64,000 nt of DNA from Microcoleus sp. (lineage in GTDB: Bacteria > Cyanobacteriota > Cyanobacteriia > Cyanobacteriales > Microcoleaceae). The stretch is taken from contig CP181291.1 of the NCBI GenBank assembly GCA_052279835.1, forward strand, positions 3,360,001 through 3,424,000, given 5' to 3'. Position 1 is the first letter of the stretch. Each line of letters starts with the position of its first letter. Below are positions 19,917 to 28,900 of the stretch, one piece after another. A program made the position numbers and the translations under genes. The notes under the pieces were generated by a model, which was not told where the DNA came from, searched no databases, and was given only the letters and a program-made list of their open reading frames with translations.

Positions 19917-20245
19917 ATGAAGCTCACCCCACCTTTCTAGAGGTGGGGGTGTCTATGCTAATCTTAAGTCGGTAGACCACAGATCGCAGAGACAAGCCCA
20001 GCTTCTAGGCAAGCGTCCAGAACTTTTGCTGGGACGCTTCTCGTAGTCCTTTCGGCTATCGAGTTTTTGCCAACCTCTAGCTGCAATATTGTACGAACCG
20101 TTTAGATCGCAGTTGTACTTTTTGCCGCTAGCAAAGGTGGCCAAAGCATAATTCTTTTATCCAATCTCAAGGCAAAGACGACTGAAAGAGAAAATCGGCT
20201 AACCCCCACCTGTACCGAGGATGGGGGAATGCGCCTCCCAGAAAG
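19917..20245 (-). mobile_element. tnpB: Internally deleted non-autonomous IS200/IS605 derivative with tnpB 3' tail
   Basis: Two related hairpins CCCCATCCTCGGTACAGGTGGGG and CCCCACCTCTAGAAAGGTGGGG, the latter followed by TGAGCTTCA; peptide NYALATFASGKKYNCDLNGSYNIAAR (RuvC-III-like); ends approximate. Confidence 0.75.
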
Positions 20246-20487
20246 TTCAAATTTGGAAAACAGTGAAATTTGAGTAAAGCCATGATATACTAAACCACTT
20301 AGTAATTCTGTATCTTAAATGTCAGCCTAGGATATGGCCTCAAAAAATTCAACTATATTGTTCAGCGATCGCCCACATCAAATTTCTCAGACAGTCGGTA
20401 ATATTGGAGATCTAATAGCAAATTGTCAGCACTAAATATTTGCTAAATATTCAAGGTTCGATCGTAATTTTAGTTAGAGGAGTTGTT

Positions 20488-21000
20488 ATGCGACGATTAT
20501 TTTCAGCACTAGCAGTTACAGGTTGTTTGCTCTCCGGTTTACCCACTTTGGCTTTAGCCCAAGGAATGCCGGGATTCACGATTTTCGGAGGCCCAGAGCG
20601 CGGCAATCAGTTAAATTACCGCTTAGATTACGGCAAATCTGGGATGAGTGGTGACAGATATAGACTGCGCATTCCAGCCAAAAAAGTAAGTCTGGCGATC
20701 GCCCAACTCAACATTTCCTATCCAGACTACTACAAAGGTGAATTCGACCAAAAAGACATTAAAGTGCGCGTCAAAGACAAATCAATAGAATTGCAAGAAG
20801 TAATCTGGGACAAAGAAAATCGTTTCATAGAAATTTATCCCAAAGATCCCATTGCAGCCGGCAACAATGTTGAGGTTGTGCTCTCCAACGTCAGAAACCC
20901 ATCGCCAGGAGGAATGTACAATTTCAACGTTCGCATCCGCACCCCTGGGGATGTCCCCTTGCTACGTTACCTCGGTACTTGGCTGTTGAGCATTGATTAA
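20488..21000 (+). CDS. DUF2808-like secreted protein
   Basis: GAGGAG RBS; signal peptide; LNYRLDYG, DRYRLRIP, ISYPDYY, NVRNP..GGMY. Confidence 0.75.
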   Translation: MRRLFSALAVTGCLLSGLPTLALAQGMPGFTIFGGPERGNQLNYRLDYGKSGMSGDRYRLRIPAKKVSLAIAQLNISYPDYYKGEFDQKDIKVRVKDKSIELQEVIWDKENRFIEIYPKDPIAAGNNVEVVLSNVRNPSPGGMYNFNVRIRTPGDVPLLRYLGTWLLSID

Positions 21001-21113
21001 AAGCAACACAATCGGCTTGGGAGCATAAATCTATCGTTTCCTGGTTTTGGGGAACCGAAAAATATAACCTCGGACTCATACACCAATCCTCAGCGATGGG
21101 TAAAATAACCTAT

Positions 21114-21148
21114 TAGATACCCGACTTCTTTTAGAAGTCGGGTATCTA
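21114..21148. repeat. TAGATACCCGACTTCT..AGAAGTCGGGTATCTA palindrome; related copies near 34450, 36358, 61298
   Basis: Perfect inverted repeat bounded by TA. Confidence 0.75.
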
Positions 21149-21274
21149 GGTATAACTTCACTTAATATCAAATAAACTCAGTAAATTCACTTAATTAAAC
21201 CTCATATACAGATAGTCCAAAACCTTACTGTATCAACAATCTTCCAGATTCCTTCATCCTTCTACTTACATCAA

Positions 21275-22544
21275 ATGAATCCACTAGCCAAAGTTAAAAA
21301 TATCAAACTTCCTCGCGCGCTGCGATCGAGAAATTATCGCCTATTTTTTGCAGGGACAAGGCATCTCTCTGATTGGCAGTTGGATGACGCAAGTTGCTAC
21401 TGTTTGGCTTGTGTACAATTTGAGCGATTCACCTTGGATGCTCGGCCTAGTCGGATTCACAAGTCAAATACCCACACTAATATTACTGCCTTTTGCAGGA
21501 GTTTTAATAGATAGATGGAACCGCCACCGAGTGATAATTGCCACTCAAATTTTGGCAATGATTCAATCATTAATCCTAGCATTTTTAGCCCTCACAGGAA
21601 TCATCAACATTTGGCAGATAATTATACTGAGTTTGTGTCAAGGAGCAATTAATGCTTTTGACGCGCCAGCCCGCCAAGCTTTTGTACCCGAACTTGTAGA
21701 AAAGAAAGAAGATTTAGCACAGGCGATCGCCATTAATGCTTCCATGTTCAATGGAGCCAGATTAATCGGCCCAGCCCTGGCAGGTTTGCTGATAGCCACA
21801 GTCGGCCCAAGTTATTGTTTTCTCATAGACGGACTCAGTTACATCGCCGTAATTGTAGGCTTGTTAGCCATGAAAATCAAGCCCAGAAAAATTGCCGAAA
21901 CCAATACCAAACCCTTACAAAGACTAAAAGAAGGATTTATTTATGCCTTTGGATTTCCGCCAATCAGAGCCATTTTAGTGCTATTAGCATTAGTCAGCTT
22001 TGCCGGAATGTCCCACACAGTTCTCGTCCCAATCTTTGCCACTAAAATTCTGCAAGGTGGCCCGCAAACCCTAGGCTTTTTGATGGCAGCTTCGGGCATA
22101 GGAGCATTCGCAGGGGCAATTTATTTAACCACCCGCAAAACAGTAGTTGGCATCGGCAAATTAATAGCCCTCTCACCAGCAGTGATGGGCTTTGGACTCA
22201 TCGGTTTTGCCCTCTCAAAAACCCTGTGGTTGTCATTAATCATGATGCTGTTTGTAGGAATTGGTTTCATCTTGCAATTTGCAGCAGGAAACACATTTTT
22301 GCAAACCATAGTTGACGACGAAAAACGCGGCAGAGTCATGAGCATTTACACAATGGCATTTTTTGGAGTCACCCCCTTTGGCAACTTAGTTGCAGGTGGA
22401 TTAGCCAACTATATCGGAGCACCAAATACAGTCCTAATCGGAGGGATAATTTGTGTATTAGCAGCCACAGTTTTCACCAAACAATTGCCAGCCTTAAAAC
22501 ACCTAGTTACACCAATCTATCAAAAAATGGGTTTAATTTCCTAA
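21275..22544 (+). pseudogene. MFS transporter with a +1 frameshift near codon 27
   Basis: ALRSRNYRLFFAG continues as QGISLIGSWMTQVA in another frame; extra G in GCAGGGACAA (21353-21355). Confidence 0.75.
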
Positions 22545-22649
22545 ACAACTTGTAAAACACCCTCTTTTTCTCTTCCCCTCTCTTACTCTGCGCCCTCTGC
22601 GCCCTCTGCGGTTAAAATATCCAAATTAATTACACCAGAGGTAAAACCA

Positions 22650-24230
22650 ATGGCCAATACCAGTGCAATTATAGAACAGCAAAGCGATCGCGTTCCCCTA
22701 AAAACCTGGATCGGCGTCATGGGAACAATTCTCGGCGCATTCATGGCAGTTTTAGACATACAAATCACCAATGCTTCCCTCAAAGACATTCAAGCAGCAT
22801 TAGGCGCAACCTTAGAAGAAGGCTCTTGGATTTCCACCGCCTATCTAGTCGCAGAAATCGTCGTAATTCCCATGACAGGCTGGCTGTCCCAAGTCTTTTC
22901 CGTGCGCCGATACATCCTAGTAAATGCCACCCTGTTCACATTTTTTTCCATGTGCTGCGCTTGGGCATGGAACTTGAATTCAATGATTGTATTTCGAGCT
23001 TTGCAGGGGTTTACAGGCGGCATTTTAATTCCGATGGCGTTTGGATTTTTGCTGACGAATTTGCCACCCAAAAAACAGCCCATTGGTATGGCGCTGTTTG
23101 CCCTGACAGCTACTTTTGCACCCTCGATCGGACCGACATTAGGAGGATGGCTAACTGAAAATTACGGCTGGCAATATGTGTTTTATTTAAATTTGGTTCC
23201 GGGAATGCTGCTGCTAGCTGCTGTGTGGTACGCAATTGACCCTAAGCCGATGCAATTAGAACTGCTAAAAGGGGGAGACTGGTGGGGAATCATCTCTATG
23301 GCGATCGGCTTGGGTTCCCTGCAAGTTGTCTTAGAAGAAGGCAGTCGCAAAGACTGGTTTAGTTCGGATTTTATTGTCCGTCTCAGCATCGTTGCTGTAA
23401 TTTTTCTGGGCGCTTTTTTCTGGATCGAACTAACGCGAAAAAAACCTTTTATTAACTTGCGGTTGCTGACTCGTCGCAATTTCGGTTTAGCTACTATTGT
23501 TAATGTATCCTTGGGAGTAGGATTGTACGGTTCTGTATTTATTTTGCCCTTATATTTAGGTCAAATTCAGCAGTACAATGCCATGCAAATTGGCGAAGTA
23601 ATTATGTGGGCGGGAGTACCGCAGTTATTCATCGTACCGATGGTGCCGAAATTGATGCAGCGCATCGATATGCGGCTGATGATTGCTGTTGGTGTTAGTT
23701 TGTTTGCGCTCAGTTGTTTTATGAATGCCAGCATGACTCACGATACGGGTATCGATCAGTTACGTTGGTCCCAATTAGTGCGGGCTTTTGGCCAGCCTTT
23801 AATCATGGTGCCGCTATCAACGATCGCCACTGCGGGTATGGAGAAACACGAGGCTGGTTCGGCTTCGGGTTTGTTTAATATGATGCGAAATATGGGAGGT
23901 TCCATGGGGATTGCGGCCTTAGCCACTTTGGTGACGCAGCGGGAGCAGTTTCACTCAAATCGTTTGGGGGAATCGATTTCTTTGTACGATCCGGCAACCC
24001 AGGAGCGAATTAATCAAATGACTCAGTTTTTTGTGAGTCGGGGTGCTGATGTCAGCGTGGCGAAAGATCAGGCAATTAAGGCTATTGATAATATTGTCCG
24101 CCGGGAAGCTTATGTGATGGCTTTTAATGATTGTTTTTACTTTGTGGGCATTGCTTTATTGTTAAGTGGAATTGCGATTCTGGGCTTTAAAAAAGTGAAA
24201 CCTGGTGCCGGTGGTGGGGCTGCACATTAG
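22650..24230 (+). CDS. DHA2 (EmrB/QacA) efflux MFS transporter
   Basis: FMAVLDIQITNASL, WISTAYL, FRALQG, APSIGPTLGGWL. Confidence 0.92.
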   Translation: MANTSAIIEQQSDRVPLKTWIGVMGTILGAFMAVLDIQITNASLKDIQAALGATLEEGSWISTAYLVAEIVVIPMTGWLSQVFSVRRYILVNATLFTFFSMCCAWAWNLNSMIVFRALQGFTGGILIPMAFGFLLTNLPPKKQPIGMALFALTATFAPSIGPTLGGWLTENYGWQYVFYLNLVPGMLLLAAVWYAIDPKPMQLELLKGGDWWGIISMAIGLGSLQVVLEEGSRKDWFSSDFIVRLSIVAVIFLGAFFWIELTRKKPFINLRLLTRRNFGLATIVNVSLGVGLYGSVFILPLYLGQIQQYNAMQIGEVIMWAGVPQLFIVPMVPKLMQRIDMRLMIAVGVSLFALSCFMNASMTHDTGIDQLRWSQLVRAFGQPLIMVPLSTIATAGMEKHEAGSASGLFNMMRNMGGSMGIAALATLVTQREQFHSNRLGESISLYDPATQERINQMTQFFVSRGADVSVAKDQAIKAIDNIVRREAYVMAFNDCFYFVGIALLLSGIAILGFKKVKPGAGGGAAH

Positions 24231-24255
24231 ACTTGTTTAATAATTTCCCATAACT

Positions 24256-24550
24256 AAGGTCAGGATAGCATTCAGCTAGCAACAGGCGATTTCCAACCTT
24301 CCTTAGAGCAATTCTTGATATTTCCCATCAACAACAATCGAGATTTAGCTATCCAAACGAATGGTTTGTTCGTCTCCCGTCCAGATGGAAGTTCGGAAAT
24401 TAGTAGATTTGACACCATCGCTGTTATTGAAGGCGGCGGAAATCTCAAGTTGAATTTATTACCAGAATCTAGAGGTTCTCTATCTCTACTTGGCTAGAAA
24501 TCTCGAAGCTATTGGGGATTTGGCTGATTGTTGCTGGGTAGTGCGATCGC
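24256..24550 (+). pseudogene. Orphan copy of the 3' end and trailer of the downstream gene (paralogous to about 25494-25785)
   Basis: KGQDSI...PINNNRDLAIQTNGLFVSRPDGS...LLG* plus near-identical trailer up to GCGATCGC. Confidence 0.85.
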
Positions 24551-24670
24551 TAATTTAGCTTAAGTGAGATTAGACAATGGGGAACAAAAATCACCCTATA
24601 GGGTGATTGTCTCAGTTCCAGATGATTTATAAATTGCATAAACAGCTAATTAAGGCCGCAGGATAAAAAC

Positions 24671-25732
24671 ATGGCTAACTACGCAATTTTTGACGAACAA
24701 TACTACCTTTCGCAGTATCCTTGGGTCAAACCAGCGATTGACGCAGGAGTTATCAAATCTGGAAGAGAACACTTTGAAAAATTTGGTCAAGCTGGCGGCT
24801 TAACTAAAGTATCGCGGTATTTTGACGAAGCTACCTACCTGGCTGGCAACCCAGATATCGCTGCCTTAGTCCGCACTCCCAACAACCCAAACGCTCCTTT
24901 TGCGACCGGGCTAGACCACTTTATCCAATACGGTTACGAAGAAGGTCGCACTCGCGTATCGCCTGAGTATAACGAAGCGTTTTATGTAGCAAATAACCGA
25001 GATTTACTGCCGTTTATTCAGAATGGAAATTTTAAAAATGGCTACCAGCATTTCATTCAATTCGGCATCAAAGACGGTCGGTTTGGGACTTCATTTTTTG
25101 AAACAGAATACTTACAAAAAAATCCCGATGTTCGGCCGTTTGTCGAATCGGGAGCGTTGAAAACTGGTCGGGAACACTACTTCAATTTCGGCAAAAACGA
25201 TCCTAGCCGCTCTGCGACTTTTATCGGAAGTTCCGGGAATGACATGATTGCCGGTGCTGGGGTGGGAAATGTCGAATTAATTGGAACTGAAGTAGGTTTA
25301 CGTACAGGTAATGGCTTTGGCGAGGGCCGAGTGTATGAAGGTGACGGCAGCAATGAATTCGATACTCTCATTGGCGGTAGCGGCCGCGATAAATTCGTAC
25401 TCGGAGACCTTATAGAAGGCAGTAAGGGGAATCCGGCCGGAGCCAAAATATTCTATATCGGGCCCGGTTTTGCGACAATTCGGAACTTTACCAAAGGTCA
25501 GGATAGCATCCTGCTAGGAGATAATTTATCACCTTTCTCAGATCAATTCTTGATATTGCCCATCAACAACAATCGAGATTTAGCTATCCAAACGAACGGC
25601 TTGTTCGTCTCCCGTCCAGATGGAAGTCCGGGAATTAGTAGCTTTGACACGATCGCTGTTATTGAAGGTGGCGGAAATCTCAGTTTGAATGTATTACCAG
25701 AATCTACTGTTTTTAGATTTTTACTTGGCTAG
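24671..25732 (+). CDS. Putative surface/Ca-binding protein with repeated FDE.YYL..NPD...G..HF..FG units and degenerate RTX tail
   Basis: Four internal repeats; GSSGND, DTLIGGSGRDKFV, IRNFTKGQDSI. Confidence 0.75.
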   Translation: MANYAIFDEQYYLSQYPWVKPAIDAGVIKSGREHFEKFGQAGGLTKVSRYFDEATYLAGNPDIAALVRTPNNPNAPFATGLDHFIQYGYEEGRTRVSPEYNEAFYVANNRDLLPFIQNGNFKNGYQHFIQFGIKDGRFGTSFFETEYLQKNPDVRPFVESGALKTGREHYFNFGKNDPSRSATFIGSSGNDMIAGAGVGNVELIGTEVGLRTGNGFGEGRVYEGDGSNEFDTLIGGSGRDKFVLGDLIEGSKGNPAGAKIFYIGPGFATIRNFTKGQDSILLGDNLSPFSDQFLILPINNNRDLAIQTNGLFVSRPDGSPGISSFDTIAVIEGGGNLSLNVLPESTVFRFLLG

Positions 25733-25814
25733 AAATCTCTAAGCTATTGGGGATTTGGCTGATTGTTGCTGGGTAGTGCGATCGCACATTCGCAAAAAGG
25801 GCGATCGCACTTTG

Positions 25815-26474
25815 CTATTGCGGCAACTCGCCAAAGCGATCGCGATATTGAGCCACCAATTCTTCAGCCGTCAAATACCTACTACCTCCTTTGTCAAACC
25901 AGTACAAAACCTCCAACTGTGTTTCCCCATCGCTGTATCGACCTCGACCGATTCCTAAACCCACTTCCGGCATCCAAAAAGGTTCACCAATTTGCTGTTC
26001 GTACTCGCCATTTACCAAACGATAAACTTCAAACGGTTGATGTTGGTCTCGCCGCCAGTAGTAGGGATTGTAAATCACATAGTACAGCACGCCCAACTTC
26101 GCGTAAATATCAATTTTTTTATCGTATTCACCGCCATAAGTTTGAGAAACAATCTCTAGGGCAAAAATCGGGGGAATATTATTTTCTTCCCAAAGGACGT
26201 AACTAAGGCGCAAAGTATCGCCTTTGAACCTTTCGACACCCAAACTCAAGAAACCGTCAGGAACAATTGGAACCAGATGACTTACTCCAGTCGTGTGATA
26301 AACTCCCATATCCACCGCAAAAAACCAGTCGTTCCGCTGCCGCCAGTGAAATTTGAGCAAGAATAATAGTAAGTTGGGAAGAAAGTTTTGATTTTCGTTA
26401 TCCACAGGAGTATCATCCGAAGACGGAAGTTCGGCGCTAGTTGGCAAACGCATTTCTCGATCGAATAGTACCAT
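25815..26474 (-). CDS. Uma2 family putative endonuclease
   Basis: LPSSDDTPVDNE, VPDGFLSLGV, ALEIVSQT, LGVLYYVIYNP. Confidence 0.9.
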   Translation of the reverse strand: MVLFDREMRLPTSAELPSSDDTPVDNENQNFLPNLLLFLLKFHWRQRNDWFFAVDMGVYHTTGVSHLVPIVPDGFLSLGVERFKGDTLRLSYVLWEENNIPPIFALEIVSQTYGGEYDKKIDIYAKLGVLYYVIYNPYYWRRDQHQPFEVYRLVNGEYEQQIGEPFWMPEVGLGIGRGRYSDGETQLEVLYWFDKGGSRYLTAEELVAQYRDRFGELPQ

Positions 26475-26552
26475 GATATAAAAATGGCAAATTTATTAAT
26501 TAATTGTATCATTCAGCAACCGGGTTTCTCCACTAAACCCGGTTTCTAAGTC

Positions 26553-26672
26553 GGGTGCATCTCAATTGGGTAAGGGCGAAGCATGACCGCATTAAATCTC
26601 TGGCGATTGCTAATAAATTGTCTGCGGTTATGCTTCGCCCCTACGAATATATTTGCCAAAATGAGATGCACC
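26553..26672. repeat. GTAG-type REP doublet (REPIN-like) inside GGTGCATC..GATGCACC arms; copies 33209-33331, 53714-53820, core only near 5978-6056
   Basis: GGGCGAAGCATGACCGC-spacer-GCGGTTATGCTTCGCCCCTAC. Confidence 0.8.
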
Positions 26673-26818
26673 TGCTAAGTCTTTAATAGATATCTTGCAA
26701 AAGTCAAATTCACCCCCCTTAGTCCCCCCTTAGTAAGGGGGGAAACAAGAATAATCTTGCCCCCTGCCCTTAGTAAGGGGAGGGTTGGGGTGGGGTGCAT
26801 TGTATTTTTGCCAGAGTT

Positions 26819-27295
26819 CTAATGCCGATCGCGCGCTAGTTTCAACACCTCAACAGCGTCTTTATGCCCCTCAGAAGATGCCCAAATTAAGGCAGTCCAA
26901 CTGTTGTTATCCTTAGCCTTAATATCAGCTCCTTTCTCGATTAAAAACTCCAAAACTTCAGTGCGTCCACTACCAGCCGCACTCATTAAAGCTGTTAAAC
27001 CAAAATTAGTCTTAGCGTTCACTTCGGCTCCCGCCTCCAACAAAAGTTGTACAATTTCTCTATGTCCGGCAGCAGCCGCGCTCATTAAAGGTGTCCAACC
27101 GTCATTATCCTGACTGTTGACATCGGCACCAGCAGCGAGCAATTTTGTCACGAGTTCAGTATTGCCAGCCTCAGCCGCAGCCGTCAAAGCCGTAGCACCT
27201 TCCTCATCTTTGGCATTGATATCTGCACATTGTTCGATCGCAGATTCTACAGTAGAAACATCACCAGTTTTGGCGGCATTAATTAAATCGGTCAT
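26819..27295 (-). CDS. Ankyrin repeat protein
   Basis: 4-5 copies of G.T.L..AA..G..E.V..LL..GA.VN. Confidence 0.93.
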   Translation of the reverse strand: MTDLINAAKTGDVSTVESAIEQCADINAKDEEGATALTAAAEAGNTELVTKLLAAGADVNSQDNDGWTPLMSAAAAGHREIVQLLLEAGAEVNAKTNFGLTALMSAAGSGRTEVLEFLIEKGADIKAKDNNSWTALIWASSEGHKDAVEVLKLARDRH

Positions 27296-27331
27296 ATATT
27301 CTCCTTTGTATCCTCTAAAATCTTAAATCGC

Positions 27332-28645
27332 ATGGCAGTAGATATTTTAGTCCTCTCTAACGGCCCCGGAGAATTAGCAACCTGGGTACGTCCCGTCGTA
27401 CAAGCCTTGCGAGAACATTTAGGATGCGATCGCACATCTGTGCGTATTTCCGTTGTCCTGTCCCCCTGTCCCCACGCCACGGGCAAAGAAGCACAAATCG
27501 CCAGTTCCTACCCCGAAGTTGACAGAGTGCAAGCACCAGAGCATTTTTTGCCATTCCTATTATCCGGCAAAACAGTTGAAAATTGGGATTGGCATGAAAA
27601 AGGAGTTGTTTTATTTTTAGGTGGCGACCAATTTTTTACAGTTGTTATTGGTAAAAGGCTCAAATATCGCACTGTTATTTATGCAGAATGGGAGGCAAGG
27701 TGGTATCGCTGGATTGATAAATTTGCCGCCATGAAACCCCAAGTTATTGATAAAATACCCCAAAAATATGCTAATAAATTTACAGTTGTCGGAGATTTAA
27801 TTGCCGAGGTTTCTCGTTCCCAGACAGAGCCTGGAAACGCAGTTCCAGAGGCTCTGCATCCTCCAACTACTCCAAAAGAACTAATTGGATTGTTACCAGG
27901 CTCAAAGGCGGCAAAACTAGCTTTAGGCGTGCCTTTGTGTTTGTCGATCGCCCAATCCATCCATCGCCTCCGCCCGGAAACTCGCTTTGTAATTCCGGTT
28001 GCTCCCACCATAGACATCCAAACTTTAGCAGGTTTTGCGGACCCAGAAAAAAATCCTTGTCTACATTTATTTGCCAACTCCAGCGCCAAACTTCATGTAA
28101 CAGAATCACCATTTTTAATGACAGCAAATGGCTTACAAATAGAACTTTGGACTGAGACACCAGCCTATGATTTGCTATCAGAATGCAGTTTGTGTTTAAC
28201 TACTGTGGGAGCCAATACCGCCGAATTGGGTTCTTTAGCTGTACCGATGATTGTTTTGCTACCAACGCAGCAATTGGATGCGATGAAGGCTTGGGATGGT
28301 TTGCCGGGATTGTTGGCAAATTTGCCCTTAGTTGGTTCAGTTTTTGCGACGGTGATTAATTGGCTAATTTGGCGATTGGGGAAGCGAAAACTGTATGCTT
28401 GGCCGAATATTTGGGCGCAAGCAGAGATTGTACCAGAGTTGGTTGGGAAACTGGAACCGGAAGCAGTGGCCGGGTTGGCGATCGACTATTTGAGCCATCC
28501 TGAAAAATTAGCACAAATGGGCGATCGTTTGCGGAGGGTTCGAGGAGAATCCGGGGCGGCGAATAAAATCGCTGAATTAGTTTATGAAGAACATAATAAA
28601 AATATTGTAGATACTGTCGAGTGTTATGTGAGCCGTCATCAGTAA
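27332..28645 (+). CDS. Lipid-A-disaccharide synthase-related (LpxB-like) glycosyltransferase
   Basis: DILVLSNGPGE, FLGGDQ, GLLPGSK, TTVGANTAELG, AWPNIWA..IVPEL. Confidence 0.8.
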   Translation: MAVDILVLSNGPGELATWVRPVVQALREHLGCDRTSVRISVVLSPCPHATGKEAQIASSYPEVDRVQAPEHFLPFLLSGKTVENWDWHEKGVVLFLGGDQFFTVVIGKRLKYRTVIYAEWEARWYRWIDKFAAMKPQVIDKIPQKYANKFTVVGDLIAEVSRSQTEPGNAVPEALHPPTTPKELIGLLPGSKAAKLALGVPLCLSIAQSIHRLRPETRFVIPVAPTIDIQTLAGFADPEKNPCLHLFANSSAKLHVTESPFLMTANGLQIELWTETPAYDLLSECSLCLTTVGANTAELGSLAVPMIVLLPTQQLDAMKAWDGLPGLLANLPLVGSVFATVINWLIWRLGKRKLYAWPNIWAQAEIVPELVGKLEPEAVAGLAIDYLSHPEKLAQMGDRLRRVRGESGAANKIAELVYEEHNKNIVDTVECYVSRHQ

Positions 28646-28900
28646 TGTCCGCTTATCTACGCAAAAGACTTATGCAGTCTAAGGGGCGGGCCAAGTTGGG
28701 TGGGGGCGGGTTCACCAACCATAATTGCCAAAAACCAACAATCTCATAAACCCGCCCCCGCCCCATGCCCCATGCCCTAATTCCTAATGGCAATAAAAAA
28801 GCCAGGGATAGATATCCCCAGCTCGAAACATAACACATTAAGTTTTGAGAATTCGTGGGTCGCTCTTTTCAGAATCCTACCGTGCCCACTCCTAGCCCAA

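Noticed and set aside
24256..25785. DGR template/variable repeat pair
   Set aside because: Differences are not adenine-specific and include an indel; the only RT-related ORF is a deleted intron protein
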